Assembly (NCBI GenBank): GCA_902799835.1
Contig: CADCCF010000005.1
Location: 193,722 to 257,721, forward strand
Direction of reading: 5' to 3'
Length of the DNA: 64,000 nucleotides
DNA from: an uncultured Pseudomonadota bacterium
GTDB taxonomy: Bacteria > Pseudomonadota > Alphaproteobacteria > RF32 > CAG-239
Positions 25,412-37,400 of this stretch are shown one piece after another. Below the pieces are notes generated by a model that had not been told where the DNA came from, did no database searches, and saw nothing but the letters and a program-made list of their open reading frames with translations. A program made the translations under genes and the position numbers. Numbering within the stretch: position 1 is the stretch's first letter; each line of letters begins with the position of its first letter.

Positions 25412-27889
25412 ATGCTGAAAACTTTATCTTCTTTTTTAAGCACCTGCTTTTTCTTTGCAGTTATTGCTTTTGTTTTGATTATTACATCGGTATGGCAAAT
25501 TTCTCAAGAATTGCCGGATTATCGACAGTTGGAGGATTATGCTCCGCCGATTACCACCAGACTATATGCCGGTGATGGTCAGGTCTTGATGGAATACGCC
25601 GCTGAGAAGCGATTTTTTGTACCGGAAGATAAGATTCCTCCTTTGGTCAAAAATGCCTTTATTGCTGCCGAAGATAAAAATTTTTATCACCACTTTGGAG
25701 TCGATTTTACCGGAATTATTCGTGCCGTTTTAACCAACTTAAAGCACGTCGGCAGTAATCGTCGCCCAACCGGAGCATCAACCATTACTCAGCAGGTAGC
25801 TAAAAACTTTTTATTATCGTCTGAATTGTCATACAAACGCAAGATTAAAGAGGCTTTGTTGGCAGTTCGTATTGAACAGGCTTTTACCAAAGAACATATT
25901 TTGGAACTTTATCTCAATGAAATTTATTTAGGCAATCGTTCTTATGGTGTTGCTGCGGCGGCCTTGAATTATTTCGGTAAAGCTTTGGATGAATTGGAAT
26001 TGCATGAGGTGGCTTATTTGGCGGCTTTGCCCAAAGGTCCTAACAACTATCACCCGATAAACAAATATGATGCAGCTATTGCTCGACGCAACTGGGTTAT
26101 TGACCGTATGGTTGAAGATGGTCATGTTACTGAAAAAGAAGGTGAAGTTGCCAAAGCAAAACCATTGGAGGTTGTTGATAATAACACTGAGCTTATGCGT
26201 AATGCCCAATATTTCAGCGAGGACATTCGCCGTCAGGTTAAAAATAAGTTTGGTGAAGATGCTTTGTATGAAGGCGGATTGTTAATCAGAACCACACTTG
26301 ATCCCAGATTGCAAAAAATAGCCACTGAAGCCGTGCGTAAAGAATTCAACAATTACGATATTCGTCATGGTTGGCGCGGTGCTTTAAAGAACATTTCCTT
26401 AGATGGAGATTGGCGCGAAGATTTTGCTAAAGAAGCCAGACCGTTTGGTGCAAATCGCGGTTGGGAATTAGCGGTTGTAACCGATGTTAAAAATGATGTT
26501 GCTAAGATTGAAAAACAAGACAAAGCGGTTGGTGAAGTTCCTTTGGCTGTTTTGGGCTGGGCTCGTAAAACCCTCAAAGATCAACAAGTTGGCGGTCAAC
26601 CGACCAAAGTTGGTGATGTGTTGAAGGTCGGCGATGTTATATTGGTTGAAAAAGTCAGTGAAAATGAAGCTAAAAAGCATAATGTCAGCAACAACAGCTA
26701 TTATCTGCGGCAAATTCCCAACGTTGAGGGCGGATTGATTGCGGTTGATCCCCACACCGGAAAGATATTAGCTTTGGTTGGTGGCTATCATTTTTACAAA
26801 TCACAGTTTAATCGTGCAACGCAAGCCATGCGTCAAACCGGTTCTGCTTTCAAACCGATAGTTTATCTGACTGCTTTGGAAAATGGCTACGAGCCTAATG
26901 ATTTGATTTTGGATGCTCCTTTTGTTTTGGATCAAGGTAAGGGGCTTCCGGTTTGGAAACCGGTAAACTATTCCAAAAAATTCTATGGTTTGATGACATT
27001 ACGTCAGGGAATTGAAAAATCACGTAACCTAATGACCGTACGTTTGGCTCAGGATGTTGGTATGGATAAGGTATCGGCTGAGGCTGCCAAAATGGGTGTA
27101 AATCCCAATTTACCGCATTTATTATCAATGTCGCTTGGTGCTGGTGAGACCAAACTGATAAATATGGCCTCAGCATATAGTATCATTGTTAATGGCGGTA
27201 AAAAAATTACCCCTTACATGATTGAACGTATTCAAGATCGCGAAGGTCGCACGATTTATCGTAATGATGCTCGCAGTTGTCCGGAATGTTCGGTTGATAA
27301 ATGGGATAATCAAAATGTTCCGCACTTGTCTGATGAACGTGAGCAGATAGTTGATCCGCTGAGTGCTTACCAAATGACCAGCATTTTGGAAGGTGTTGTC
27401 CAATATGGTACCGGAGCTCGTTTGCGCTCATTAGGCCGTCATTTGGCCGGCAAAACCGGAACCAGTAACCGCAACCAGGATGCTTGGTTTGTGGGATTTT
27501 CTCCCAATTTAGTAGTGGCTGTTTATGTTGGATTTGATGTTCCGCGCACTTTGGGTAAATATGAAACCGGTGCTGCCGCCGCTCTTCCGGTATTTCAATC
27601 GTTTATGCAAGATGCTTTGAAAAATCAGCCTGATGAGCCGTTCCGTATTCCCAGTGGCATCAAATTGGTTCGTATTAATCATACAACCGGTAAACCGGCA
27701 TCTCCGACCGATGAAGCTGTAATTTGGGAAGCACTGAAGCCGGAAGCTGCTTTGCGTGCCGCTAAACAACGCGTTATCAGCGAGCAAAACGGCAATAGCA
27801 GTGATGAAAACGACACCAATTCCGAAGCTCTACCGACAGCTTATGAAAACAGTTCTGCTGATGACATTCAACTCGGAGCTGAGTACTAG
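25412..27889 (+). CDS. mrcA: Class A penicillin-binding protein 1A (transglycosylase plus transpeptidase)
   Basis: GT51 motifs are present (EDKNFYHHFGVD, RRPTGASTITQQ) together with transpeptidase motifs SAFKP, SKN and KTGT. Confidence 0.9.
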   Translation: MLKTLSSFLSTCFFFAVIAFVLIITSVWQISQELPDYRQLEDYAPPITTRLYAGDGQVLMEYAAEKRFFVPEDKIPPLVKNAFIAAEDKNFYHHFGVDFTGIIRAVLTNLKHVGSNRRPTGASTITQQVAKNFLLSSELSYKRKIKEALLAVRIEQAFTKEHILELYLNEIYLGNRSYGVAAAALNYFGKALDELELHEVAYLAALPKGPNNYHPINKYDAAIARRNWVIDRMVEDGHVTEKEGEVAKAKPLEVVDNNTELMRNAQYFSEDIRRQVKNKFGEDALYEGGLLIRTTLDPRLQKIATEAVRKEFNNYDIRHGWRGALKNISLDGDWREDFAKEARPFGANRGWELAVVTDVKNDVAKIEKQDKAVGEVPLAVLGWARKTLKDQQVGGQPTKVGDVLKVGDVILVEKVSENEAKKHNVSNNSYYLRQIPNVEGGLIAVDPHTGKILALVGGYHFYKSQFNRATQAMRQTGSAFKPIVYLTALENGYEPNDLILDAPFVLDQGKGLPVWKPVNYSKKFYGLMTLRQGIEKSRNLMTVRLAQDVGMDKVSAEAAKMGVNPNLPHLLSMSLGAGETKLINMASAYSIIVNGGKKITPYMIERIQDREGRTIYRNDARSCPECSVDKWDNQNVPHLSDEREQIVDPLSAYQMTSILEGVVQYGTGARLRSLGRHLAGKTGTSNRNQDAWFVGFSPNLVVAVYVGFDVPRTLGKYETGAAAALPVFQSFMQDALKNQPDEPFRIPSGIKLVRINHTTGKPASPTDEAVIWEALKPEAALRAAKQRVISEQNGNSSDENDTNSEALPTAYENSSADDIQLGAEY

Positions 27890-27902
27890 AGGAGATATAG
27901 TA

Positions 27903-29016
27903 TTGCGTGCTGATATATATGAAATTTCTATGCAGATTGAGCAGTCTTTAGCACTGCTGAGGAGGTCTCTTTGACTTGGATGTTGCCAAAGATCGTTTGT
28001 CGGAATTAGAGGCATTGACCGCTGACTCAGCACTATGGAATGATCCGGAAAAAGCTCTTAAGTTAACTGGTGAGAAAAATCGCCTGTCTGTTGCCCTAAA
28101 TGAATTTGACAATATGAATAACAGTTTTTCTGATTTAACTGAATTGGCTAACATGGCAGAAACGGATAATGATGAAAATTCATTAAATGAGATATTTGCT
28201 CAGTTGATGGCTCTGCAATCTCAGGTAAAGCATGCTGAGTTGGAAGCCTTGTTGTGTGGTGAAGCAGATAGCATGGATGCTTTTTTAGAAGTACATTCAG
28301 GTTCCGGTGGAACCGAAGCTCAGGACTGGGCCGAGATGTTGCTTCGAATGTACACACGTTGGGCAGAAGCTCACAAATATAAAGTTGAATATTTGGAAGA
28401 GACAGCAGGTGAGGTGGCCGGACTAAAATCCGCAACCATTAAAATTATCGGGCATAATGCCTATGGTTGGCTCAAATCCGAAAGCGGAGTTCATCGCTTA
28501 GTACGTATATCGCCATTTGACAGCAATGCTCGCCGTCATACCAGTTTTGCTTCTATCGGAGTTTATCCGGTTATTGATGACAGTATCAATATTGAGATTA
28601 ATGAAGCTGATTGTCGGGTTGATACTTATCGTGCATCTGGAGCTGGCGGACAACACATTAACAAAACCGATTCAGCTGTACGCATTACTCACTTACCTAC
28701 TGGTATTGTGGTACAATGCCAAAATGATCGTTCACAGTTTAAAAACCGTGATAGTGCTTGGAAAATGCTGAAAGCAAGATTATATGAATTAGAAATCAAA
28801 AAGCGCGAGCAAAAAGCCCAAGATATTCGTGATAATCAAGGTGATAACGGCTGGGGCTACCAAATTCGTTCTTATGTAATGCAGCCCTATAAAATGGTAA
28901 AAGATTTACGGACATCGGCTGAAACCTCAGATGTTAAAGGCGTTTTAGATGGTGACATCGATTTGTTTTTGTCGGCAGCTTTGGCTGATAAATTGAGTTT
29001 GGATAATCCGCAGTAA
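27903..29016 (+). CDS. prfB: Peptide chain release factor 2 with a programmed +1 frameshift (frame-0 ORF about 27903/27930 to 27974; shift at CTT TGA C, 27969-27975)
   Basis: An SD-like AGGAGG lies just upstream of tct ctt tga c. The downstream frame encodes SPFDSNARRHTSFASIGVYP and GGQHINKTDSAVRITH (GGQ motif). Confidence 0.85.
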
Positions 29017-29021
29017 CAGGT

Positions 29022-32000
29022 TTGAAAATAATGAAAAAACTAGACACGAAAGATTATCTGGCATACAAATTAACAAATTTTATCAGTGTTATTTTACTGG
29101 TAGGAGCATTGATTTTTATCTGGCAATTATATCGAGGTGCCATTCAACTGCCTTTCCTAAAACCATATATCATTCGTGCGCTCAACCATGATGATGCCGA
29201 TTATCAAGTTGATTTGGACAGTGTCAGCTTGGAATTGGTGCGTTCAATTCAACCATTGCGCATCATTGCCAATAATGTCAGTTATAAAAAAGAAAATACT
29301 ATCAGCATCAATGCACCAAAGGTTTCCATATCATTCAGCATCAAAGCTCTAATGCGAGGTGTAATTGCTCCGAGTTCTATAGATGTAGAACAACCTAACA
29401 TCTATGTATATAGTCGCTATAATATTGATGACACCAAAGACAACGAAGAAATTAAAAGCAAAAAAATACGTTATTATATTGAGCAGGCCGAGGAGTTTTG
29501 GGATCATTTCAACTCAGCTGATGACACTTATCCTGAAAGCTATATCAATTCAATAAGTGTAAACAAAGCTGAAGTTGAATTACTCGAAATTGATTTAGGC
29601 AAAAGATGGCATTTTAGCGATGTGAATTACCAATTTGAGCGAGGATTTAGTTCCATTACTACCGAAATTAATGCGCTTATGCCATTTGCTGATAGCACTT
29701 CGCATTTGGGATTGGCGGCAGACTATGCTTATTCCGGTGATAAAATAGGCTTAAAATTTTATTTTTCAGATTTGATTCCTTCCGAATTGCTTAAATTGTT
29801 AATTACTGATGACAAGGTTGCCGGATTATATAACATTCGCATTCCTCTGCATGGTAATATCAGTACTGATATCAATTTGCAAGATATTGGCAAATATAAG
29901 GATGATTTGTTGGCCAATACCGATAAATTGATTGAAAAAATTGATTTTGATTTTGCCGGAGAGAAGGGAGTTGCAAAATTCGGCGACGATGATAAATACG
30001 ATTATCATTTATCAGGGCTGTTATTAAAAGGTTCGCTAAGCGGTAATTTTGAGCAAATCACCATCAAAGATGCAAAGTTAAATTTGGATGGTCAAGAAGC
30101 CGAGCTTGGTCTTGAAGTTGACGGACTTAAGCCATATTTGCTTTCCTCAATACCAGACAAACTGAAAGTTAGAATTTTAGCCAAAGTCAAACAACTGGAA
30201 ACTTCCAAACTTACAGATTATTGGCCGCGCTATTTTAGTGATGCGGCATGGAGTTGGTGTCAGGAAAGTTTGTATGATGGTTATATTCGTAATGGCGATT
30301 TCCGTTTTGACTTTGGCTATGATAAGAAGAAAAAATCGTTTGAATTTGAAGGACTATCGGGTGAAGCCGATATTGACGGCAGCACTATTTTTTATCTGCA
30401 GGGTATGCCGGTTATCTCTGATGCCAAAGGTAAGGCCAAATTTACAAATTCCAGCATTTATATAGACATATCGCAAGGCAAATCTGACGGAGTAATGTTA
30501 AATGGCGGATTTGTTGATTTGTATGACCTTAATAAAGAAGATAACTTTATAAAACTTGATTTGAAAGCTGTCGGTTCAATCAGTGATATTCTCAAATTGA
30601 TTGATCATGAACCTTTGAAATATCCTTCTTCGGCCGGCTTGAATCCTGACAGAATAAAAGGAGGAAGCGAGGTTGATCTGAAGTTGGCATTTGAGTTGCG
30701 TAGTGATTTAGCCCCCAATGATGTTAATTTTGATATCACGGCAGTTCTTCATGATGTTGAAATTAATGATGTAATTGCCGGACATGCAATTGATGCTAAA
30801 AATTTGGATCTCACACTCAATAATGATGGTATGAATATTACCGGCGTTGCCAATATTGAAGGATTGCCGATAAATTTGACATGGGATGAACAATTTGGCG
30901 ATAACAAACTTTATCAACGTCGTTATCAATTGAGTTTTAATTTTGATCAAAACTTTATGGCTAAGACCGGAATTGATATTTCAGCACTTAAACCTCCGTT
31001 TATCAAAGGATCTATTCCCTCAAAAGCTATCATTACCGAGACTAATGATGGAGCTATGCTCATTGATGTACATGGTAATTTACGTGAAACTGTTATCGAT
31101 TATGATTTCTTAGGTTTTGCCAAAGTCGCTGGTGAAAATGGTGAAATATCTGCCAACCTAAAACTTAAAGACGGCAAGTTGCATGATATAACCTCATTTG
31201 GATTATCCAAGCCTGAATTTAAGGTTACCGGCAAGGCAGCGGTCAATAATAAAGGTCAAGTAACCCAAGTGGATATTTCCTCAATCAAAGGTCCGCATAC
31301 CAATGCGTCATCCCTTATTGAAATAGGTTATGAACCGGAACAAAATGTTAAGGTTACCGTTTCAGGTTCAGCCTATGATTTATCACCGTTCTTTGCCGAT
31401 TCAAATGATGAAGAAACTGTGGATGATAGTTCTTCGGATGATACCAAGGATGATGATTTTTGGGATAGTGTTCCCAATGCTGAAATTAATATTGCAGTGG
31501 ACAAGCTTTGGACATCACCGGATATTTATACATCTTCTTTTGCCGGTACTGCTCGCATTCTTAACAAAATTGGAGTTGATGAAATGCATTTAGTCGGCAA
31601 TTTCAAAGCAAATACTGCCAAATCTAATCCGCAAAATCGTCCTTACCTTAAATTAGACTACATTCCGCGCGGATCTAAAGAATATCTCTTGCAAGTTGAC
31701 AGTAATGACGCCGGCTCAGCGCTAAAATTCTTGCGAGTTTATGATTATTTCAAAGGCGGTACTTTGAAGATAGATGCCAAACGCGGTGCTGATAAAATTA
31801 TAATCGGGCATGCCAAAGCTCGTAATATCAATTTAACCAAAACCGGCGTGTTTGTAAAATTGCTGACTTTAGCATCGTTCACCGGCATAGTCGATATGCT
31901 CTCCGGTGATGGTATAACTTTTTCACATTTTGATGCTCCGTTTGAATATGATGGTTCCAAATTAAAACTTTCACAGGCGAAGGCTTTTGGTAATGTTTTG

Positions 32001-32267
32001 GGGATATCCGGCAGCGGCAGCTATGATGAAGATAAAAAGTTACTCGATTTTAAGGGAATGATTGCTCCGGCTTATGGTTTGAATTCTTTGCTTGGCAAAA
32101 TTCCGGTAGTCGGGCAACTGTTGAGCGGGCGTGATGGTACTATATTTGCTGTTAATTATCAAATAAGCGGTTCTTTGTCTGATCCTGATATTAACATAAA
32201 TCCGCTTTCGGCATTAAGTCCCAATTCGGTTAAAGATTTATGGAATGATAATTTCGGAGATGAATAG
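29022..32267 (+). CDS. Very large (1081 aa) membrane-anchored AsmA/YhdP-like protein (envelope lipid transport family)
   Basis: It has a single N-terminal TM segment, a long beta-rich periplasmic body and an AsmA-like C-terminal region. Assignment rests on architecture only. Confidence 0.45.
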   Translation: MKIMKKLDTKDYLAYKLTNFISVILLVGALIFIWQLYRGAIQLPFLKPYIIRALNHDDADYQVDLDSVSLELVRSIQPLRIIANNVSYKKENTISINAPKVSISFSIKALMRGVIAPSSIDVEQPNIYVYSRYNIDDTKDNEEIKSKKIRYYIEQAEEFWDHFNSADDTYPESYINSISVNKAEVELLEIDLGKRWHFSDVNYQFERGFSSITTEINALMPFADSTSHLGLAADYAYSGDKIGLKFYFSDLIPSELLKLLITDDKVAGLYNIRIPLHGNISTDINLQDIGKYKDDLLANTDKLIEKIDFDFAGEKGVAKFGDDDKYDYHLSGLLLKGSLSGNFEQITIKDAKLNLDGQEAELGLEVDGLKPYLLSSIPDKLKVRILAKVKQLETSKLTDYWPRYFSDAAWSWCQESLYDGYIRNGDFRFDFGYDKKKKSFEFEGLSGEADIDGSTIFYLQGMPVISDAKGKAKFTNSSIYIDISQGKSDGVMLNGGFVDLYDLNKEDNFIKLDLKAVGSISDILKLIDHEPLKYPSSAGLNPDRIKGGSEVDLKLAFELRSDLAPNDVNFDITAVLHDVEINDVIAGHAIDAKNLDLTLNNDGMNITGVANIEGLPINLTWDEQFGDNKLYQRRYQLSFNFDQNFMAKTGIDISALKPPFIKGSIPSKAIITETNDGAMLIDVHGNLRETVIDYDFLGFAKVAGENGEISANLKLKDGKLHDITSFGLSKPEFKVTGKAAVNNKGQVTQVDISSIKGPHTNASSLIEIGYEPEQNVKVTVSGSAYDLSPFFADSNDEETVDDSSSDDTKDDDFWDSVPNAEINIAVDKLWTSPDIYTSSFAGTARILNKIGVDEMHLVGNFKANTAKSNPQNRPYLKLDYIPRGSKEYLLQVDSNDAGSALKFLRVYDYFKGGTLKIDAKRGADKIIIGHAKARNINLTKTGVFVKLLTLASFTGIVDMLSGDGITFSHFDAPFEYDGSKLKLSQAKAFGNVLGISGSGSYDEDKKLLDFKGMIAPAYGLNSLLGKIPVVGQLLSGRDGTIFAVNYQISGSLSDPDININPLSALSPNSVKDLWNDNFGDE

Positions 32268-32749
32268 TGATTTCAACCAAACTTAAAATAGGTTTGGACT
32301 ATCACGGTGTAATCGACAGCAATCCCGATTATTTTAAAGAATTTTGCTGTTATGCAAAATCTAAAGGACATCTTATTTATATTATATCCGGTGCTTCAAA
32401 AGTATTCATATCTGATGTATTAGAGCAACTTAGATTGCCATATGACTATATTTTCAGTATATTGGACTACTGTTTGGCTTTGGGATATATTGAACAACAT
32501 GACAATGGACTCATCATAAATAATTTGGCATGGAATAAAGCTAAGTCAGATTTTTGTCGTCGTTGTAATATTGACTTGCATATTGATGATAGTGATATTT
32601 ACCTTCAGCATTTTTTGCAGCCGTATTGTCTTTATGATAATATTAAAAAAGTTTGCCAAATCCAAAATGGGCAAATAATCAACTTTAATCAACATCCCTC
32701 AGTTGCAATTGACAGTTTAGTCGCCGTAATAAAAAAACCGTCTTGTTAG
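32267..32749 (+). CDS. Hypothetical protein (160 aa), possibly a HAD-like small hydrolase
   Basis: It overlaps the upstream stop (TGATTTCA). It ends at a terminator shared with clpX. No clear motif. Confidence 0.25.
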   Translation: MISTKLKIGLDYHGVIDSNPDYFKEFCCYAKSKGHLIYIISGASKVFISDVLEQLRLPYDYIFSILDYCLALGYIEQHDNGLIINNLAWNKAKSDFCRRCNIDLHIDDSDIYLQHFLQPYCLYDNIKKVCQIQNGQIINFNQHPSVAIDSLVAVIKKPSC

Positions 32750-34005
32750 ACGGCTTTTTTATGTTGAACTTTAGGTTGTTCTTTTGTTTTTATAAAACTT
32801 GGTTTCTTCCCTTCAGTAACAACCTTATCGTTAATGACAATTTCTGCCACATCATGTTTATCAGGAATTTCATACATTAATTCCAGCAAACATTCTTCCA
32901 TAATAGCACGCAAACCGCGAGCACCGGTTTTGCGCTCAATAGCTTTTTTAGCAATCGCTGACAAAGCATTTTTGGTAAAGGTAAGTTCGACATTTTCCAT
33001 ACCAAACATAGCCTTATACTGCTTAACCAGAGCATTTTTCGGCTCAGTCAAAACTTTGATTAATGCGGCTTCATCCAAATCTTCTAAGGTGGCAATTACC
33101 GGTAATCTTCCGACAAACTCCGGAATCATACCATATTTCAGCAAATCCTCCGGTTGCACATCTTTAATAATTTCACCAATATTGCGGTCTTCTTTAGTGG
33201 CAACTTTGGCACCGAAACCGATTGAAGTGTCTTTACCTCTGCGACCGACAATTTTTTCCAATCCGGCAAAAGCACCACCACAGATAAACAAAATATTGGT
33301 TGTGTCAACATGCAAGAATTCTTGTTGCGGATGTTTTCTGCCCCCTTGTGGCGGAACATTGGCAACAGTTCCCTCAATAATTTTTAACAAAGCTTGTTGT
33401 ACGCCTTCACCCGATACATCGCGTGTAATTGAAGCACTGTCAGACTTGCGGGTAATTTTATCAATTTCATCAATATAAACAATGCCGCGTTGAGCTTTTT
33501 CAATGTCATAATTAGCATTCTGCACCAATTTCAAAATAATGTTCTCAACATCTTCACCGACATACCCAGCCTCGGTCAAAGTGGTAGCATCAGCAATGGC
33601 AAACGGTACATCCAAAATCTTGGCTAAAGTCTGTGCCAACAAAGTTTTACCTGATCCGGTTGAACCAATCAGTACAACATTTGATTTGGCAATATCAACA
33701 TCAGGGTGTTGACTGGAGTTTAGCCGTTTGTAGTGGTTGTAAACAGCAACAGCAAGAACCTTTTTAGCATGTTCTTGTCCGATAACATATTGATCCAAAA
33801 ATTCTTTAATTTTTACCGGTGTCGGCAAACCTTCGAAATCAATACCTTTTTCCTTTTTTTCAATTTCTTTTATTTCATCGGAAACAATATTGATACACAC
33901 CTCAATACATTCATCGCAAATATAAACTCCGCGACCGGCAACCAATTTTTTCACTTCATCTTGGCTCTTGCCGCAAAAAGAACAATGTAATTTTTCTTCA
34001 CTCAT
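32746..34005 (-). CDS. clpX: ATP-dependent Clp protease ATP-binding subunit ClpX
   Basis: It has an N-terminal zinc finger (CSFCGK ... CDEC), a Walker A motif (GSTGSGKT) and a ClpX-type AAA+ module. Confidence 0.95.
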   Translation of the reverse strand: MSEEKLHCSFCGKSQDEVKKLVAGRGVYICDECIEVCINIVSDEIKEIEKKEKGIDFEGLPTPVKIKEFLDQYVIGQEHAKKVLAVAVYNHYKRLNSSQHPDVDIAKSNVVLIGSTGSGKTLLAQTLAKILDVPFAIADATTLTEAGYVGEDVENIILKLVQNANYDIEKAQRGIVYIDEIDKITRKSDSASITRDVSGEGVQQALLKIIEGTVANVPPQGGRKHPQQEFLHVDTTNILFICGGAFAGLEKIVGRRGKDTSIGFGAKVATKEDRNIGEIIKDVQPEDLLKYGMIPEFVGRLPVIATLEDLDEAALIKVLTEPKNALVKQYKAMFGMENVELTFTKNALSAIAKKAIERKTGARGLRAIMEECLLELMYEIPDKHDVAEIVINDKVVTEGKKPSFIKTKEQPKVQHKKAV

Positions 34006-34017
34006 ATCCTTAATCCC

Positions 34018-34650
34018 TTATTTAATATCTTCGCGCGAGGTAACGACATGGTCAATCAAACCGAACTTCAAAGCTTCGTTGGGATTCATAAAGTTATCAC
34101 GTTCCATTGCCGCTTCAATTGTTGCAAGTTTTTTACCGGTATGATGAGCATAAATTTGATTCAATCTTTTTTTCATGTCTAAAATTTCTTTAGCGTGAAT
34201 CTCAATATCAGTTGCCTGACCGCGAAATCCGCCGGATGGTTGATGGATCATTATGCGAGCATTAGGCAGGGCAAAGCGTTTGCCTTTAGCACCGCCGGCC
34301 AGCAACAGCGAACCCATGGAGCATGCCTGACCGATACACAAAGTATTCACATCACAAGAAATATATTGCATGGTATCATACATGGCCATCCCCGAAGTAA
34401 CCACTCCTCCGGGAGAATTAATGTAAAGGAAAATATCTTTTTTAGGGTCTTCCGCCTCCAAAAACAGTAATTGGGCACAAACCAGCGCTGAAACTTCATC
34501 ATTAACTTCGCCGGTCAAAAATATGATTCTTTCTTTCAAAAGCCGTGAAAAAATATCATATGAACGTTCGCCGCGTGAAGTCTGTTCAATAACCATAGGT
34601 ATCAGATTGTCTTTAATTTCTAAGCTCATATTACTTTCCTCAAAATACAC
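34018..34650 (-). CDS. clpP: ATP-dependent Clp protease proteolytic subunit ClpP
   Basis: Catalytic-triad context is present ([14 protein letters not shown]). It is adjacent to clpX. Confidence 0.95.
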   Translation of the reverse strand: MYFEESNMSLEIKDNLIPMVIEQTSRGERSYDIFSRLLKERIIFLTGEVNDEVSALVCAQLLFLEAEDPKKDIFLYINSPGGVVTSGMAMYDTMQYISCDVNTLCIGQACSMGSLLLAGGAKGKRFALPNARIMIHQPSGGFRGQATDIEIHAKEILDMKKRLNQIYAHHTGKKLATIEAAMERDNFMNPNEALKFGLIDHVVTSREDIK

Positions 34651-34785
34651 AAAACATTAATACTATAACTCATACTACAATATAATCAACAAATTATTAA
34701 TTTTTCATAAAAACAAATAAGTTGTTTTTTTTTAACCTAAATTAAATAAATAAGTGATATATAATCATACTAAGTTTATTTATGA

Positions 34786-36942
34786 ATGCGGAATATTGCA
34801 ATGTTAAGACAGTATGAATTAGTTGATTTGGTAAAATCTTACGATCCTGATGCTGATGAGGATGCGCTGAACCGTGCTTATGTTTATGCAATGAAAAAAC
34901 ACGGTGCGCAGTTGCGTACTTCAGGCGATCCTTATTATTCTCACCCCATAGAAGTAGCCGGTATTTTGACCAAGTTTAAGCTTGATTCAACATCAATTAT
35001 TGCCGGACTTCTTCATGATACGGTTGAAGATACTGATGCTACAATCGAAGAGATTAGAGATTTATTCGGCGAACAAGTCGCACAGATTGTTGATGGGCTG
35101 ACTAAATTAGCCATGATTGAACTAAAATCCAAAGATACCAAACAAGCTGAAAACTTTCGTAAGCTGTTGTTGGCAATGTCGGAAGATATTCGTGTTCTTT
35201 TGATAAAATTGGCTGATCGACTGCACAATATGCGTACTATTCAATATTGTCCCGAAGAAAAACGTATGCGTATTTCAAGAGAGACTTTGGATATATATGC
35301 TCCTTTGGCTGAAAGAATCGGTATGCAGGAAATCAAAACCGAATTGGAGCAAATTGCTTTTCGCGAGTTACATAAAGAGGCCTACGAATCCATCACTGCT
35401 CGTCTAAACTTCTTGCGTGAACAAGGTAGTGACTTGGTGCCAGCTATTATTAAACAGTTGGAAAAAGATATGGAAGAGGGAGGAGTTCGCGCTTCGGTGT
35501 CAGGTCGCGAAAAATCGCCTTATTCCATTTGGTGTAAGATGCAAAAGAAAAATGCTTCATTTGAGCAACTTTCCGATATCATGGCTTTTCGTATTATTGT
35601 TGATGATGTTGCAGCTTGCTATCAGGCTTTGGGTATTGTCCACAGTAAATATCATATGGTGCCGCGCCGTTTCAAAGACTATATTTCCACGCCCAAACCT
35701 AATGGTTATAAATCGTTGCACACCGGTGTAATCGGGCCGGAAAATACCCGAATTGAAATTCAAATCCGCACTCAGGAAATGCATGAAGTAAACGAAAAAG
35801 GTGTAGCTGCACACTGGGCTTATAAACAAGGTGAAAAAACTGCCGGTAAAAATTTCCGCTGGATTCAAGAGTTGTTGGAAATTTTGGAAGAGTCTTCTTC
35901 ACCGGAAGAGTTTTTGGATAATACCAAGCTCGAGATGTATAACGATCAGGTATTTTGTTTTACCCCCAAAGGTGATTTAATTGGTTTGCCGGTCAATTCA
36001 ACTCCGGTTGATTTTGCCTATGCCGTCCATTCCAAGGTTGGCAACACTTGTGTCGGAGCCAAGATTAATGGCGAAATAAAACCGTTGCGTACTATTTTGA
36101 AAAATGGTGATCAGGTTGAGGTGTTGACATCTAAAGCTCAACATCCTTCTCCGGAGTGGGACAGATTTGTGGTTACCGGCAAAGCCAAAGCCGCTATTCG
36201 CCGCTATATCAGAGCCAATAAACGCGAACAATTCGTATCATTGGGTGAACAGATTTTGGAGCGCACTTTTAAGGGGGAAAATTTAGAGTTTGGCGAGAAA
36301 GGTTTAATTGGTGTATTACCCAATTTTGAGGCTGAATCAGTTGAGGATATCTATGCTAAAGTTGGTGAGGGTTTAGTAACGGCATGGGATGTTCTGCGTG
36401 CGGTTTATCCCAGCTATAAGCAATCGAAAATCGGCAAGGTGGTCAAGTCTTTCAAAGTGCATGGCTTTGGTAAGTCTGCTAAAAAGAGTAAAGCTGATCC
36501 GGTTCAAATCAAAGGACTTATTCCCGGTATGGCAGTTCATTTTGCCGGATGTTGCCATCCGTTGCCGGGCGACAGAATTGTTGGTATTGTCACAACCGGA
36601 AAAGGAGTTGCCGTTCATGCCATAGATTGTAAGGCATTGGAAAAATATGCATCCGAGCCTGAGCGTTGGTTAGATATATCATGGGGCGACGCCGCAACCA
36701 GCGAGGTACACTTGGGGCGTTTGAAGATAATTTTAGCCAATGAACCGGGGGCATTGGGTGATTTATCTAATGTTATTGCCCGCGCTGATGGTAATATTGC
36801 CAACCTTAATATTACTAATCGCACCATGAGTTATTTTGAATTAATTGTTGATGTTGAAGTGCGTGATGTTAAACAGCTTAATGATATAATTGCAGCGGTT
36901 AAGGCTGTTAAGGTTGTATCATATGTAGCTCGCTCTAGTTAA
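34786..36942 (+). CDS. spoT: Bifunctional (p)ppGpp synthetase/hydrolase RelA/SpoT (HD, RelA_SpoT, TGS and ACT domains)
   Basis: HD motif region (HPIEVAGILT ... LHDTVEDT), synthetase region (RIIVDDVAACYQALGIVH) and a C-terminal ACT domain. Confidence 0.9.
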   Translation: MRNIAMLRQYELVDLVKSYDPDADEDALNRAYVYAMKKHGAQLRTSGDPYYSHPIEVAGILTKFKLDSTSIIAGLLHDTVEDTDATIEEIRDLFGEQVAQIVDGLTKLAMIELKSKDTKQAENFRKLLLAMSEDIRVLLIKLADRLHNMRTIQYCPEEKRMRISRETLDIYAPLAERIGMQEIKTELEQIAFRELHKEAYESITARLNFLREQGSDLVPAIIKQLEKDMEEGGVRASVSGREKSPYSIWCKMQKKNASFEQLSDIMAFRIIVDDVAACYQALGIVHSKYHMVPRRFKDYISTPKPNGYKSLHTGVIGPENTRIEIQIRTQEMHEVNEKGVAAHWAYKQGEKTAGKNFRWIQELLEILEESSSPEEFLDNTKLEMYNDQVFCFTPKGDLIGLPVNSTPVDFAYAVHSKVGNTCVGAKINGEIKPLRTILKNGDQVEVLTSKAQHPSPEWDRFVVTGKAKAAIRRYIRANKREQFVSLGEQILERTFKGENLEFGEKGLIGVLPNFEAESVEDIYAKVGEGLVTAWDVLRAVYPSYKQSKIGKVVKSFKVHGFGKSAKKSKADPVQIKGLIPGMAVHFAGCCHPLPGDRIVGIVTTGKGVAVHAIDCKALEKYASEPERWLDISWGDAATSEVHLGRLKIILANEPGALGDLSNVIARADGNIANLNITNRTMSYFELIVDVEVRDVKQLNDIIAAVKAVKVVSYVARSS

Positions 36943-36954
36943 AGGAAAAATAAA

Positions 36955-37344
36955 ATGATTGTCGGATTGGGAACAGATATTGTAAGTATTGAAAGAATTG
37001 CTAAATTGCTTTCGCGCAATGAGACTACTTTTATTGAAAAAATTTGCTCAGCCAATGAAAAAAAATATTTACAATCCTGTGCTGATATAACACCTAAATT
37101 AGCCAAACTATGGGCAGTCAAAGAAGCTGCGGTAAAAGCTTTGGGAACCGGTTTTGTTGAAGGTATAACTTTCAAAGATATTGAGCTTAAACATAACAAG
37201 TTGGGACGTCCTGAAGTCGAGCTGAAAGGAAAAGCCTTACAGATAATGGAACAATTAATCGGTAATGGTAGAGCTAATATTCTGGTTTCGCTCAGTGATG
37301 ACAAACCATGGGCTCAAGCGATTGTTATTATTGAAAAAATATAG
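36955..37344 (+). CDS. acpS: Holo-ACP synthase
   Basis: MIVGLGTDIVSIERI ... AVKEAAVKALGTGF. Confidence 0.85.
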   Translation: MIVGLGTDIVSIERIAKLLSRNETTFIEKICSANEKKYLQSCADITPKLAKLWAVKEAAVKALGTGFVEGITFKDIELKHNKLGRPEVELKGKALQIMEQLIGNGRANILVSLSDDKPWAQAIVIIEKI

Positions 37345-37400
37345 TTGTTATTTATAAAAAAATAGTTTATGGAAAGAGAATAAAAATAAAGGTCAAGACT

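Noticed and set aside
32834-33478. 214-aa ORF antisense to clpX
   Set aside because: It overlaps a highly conserved gene entirely. It is an antisense artefact.
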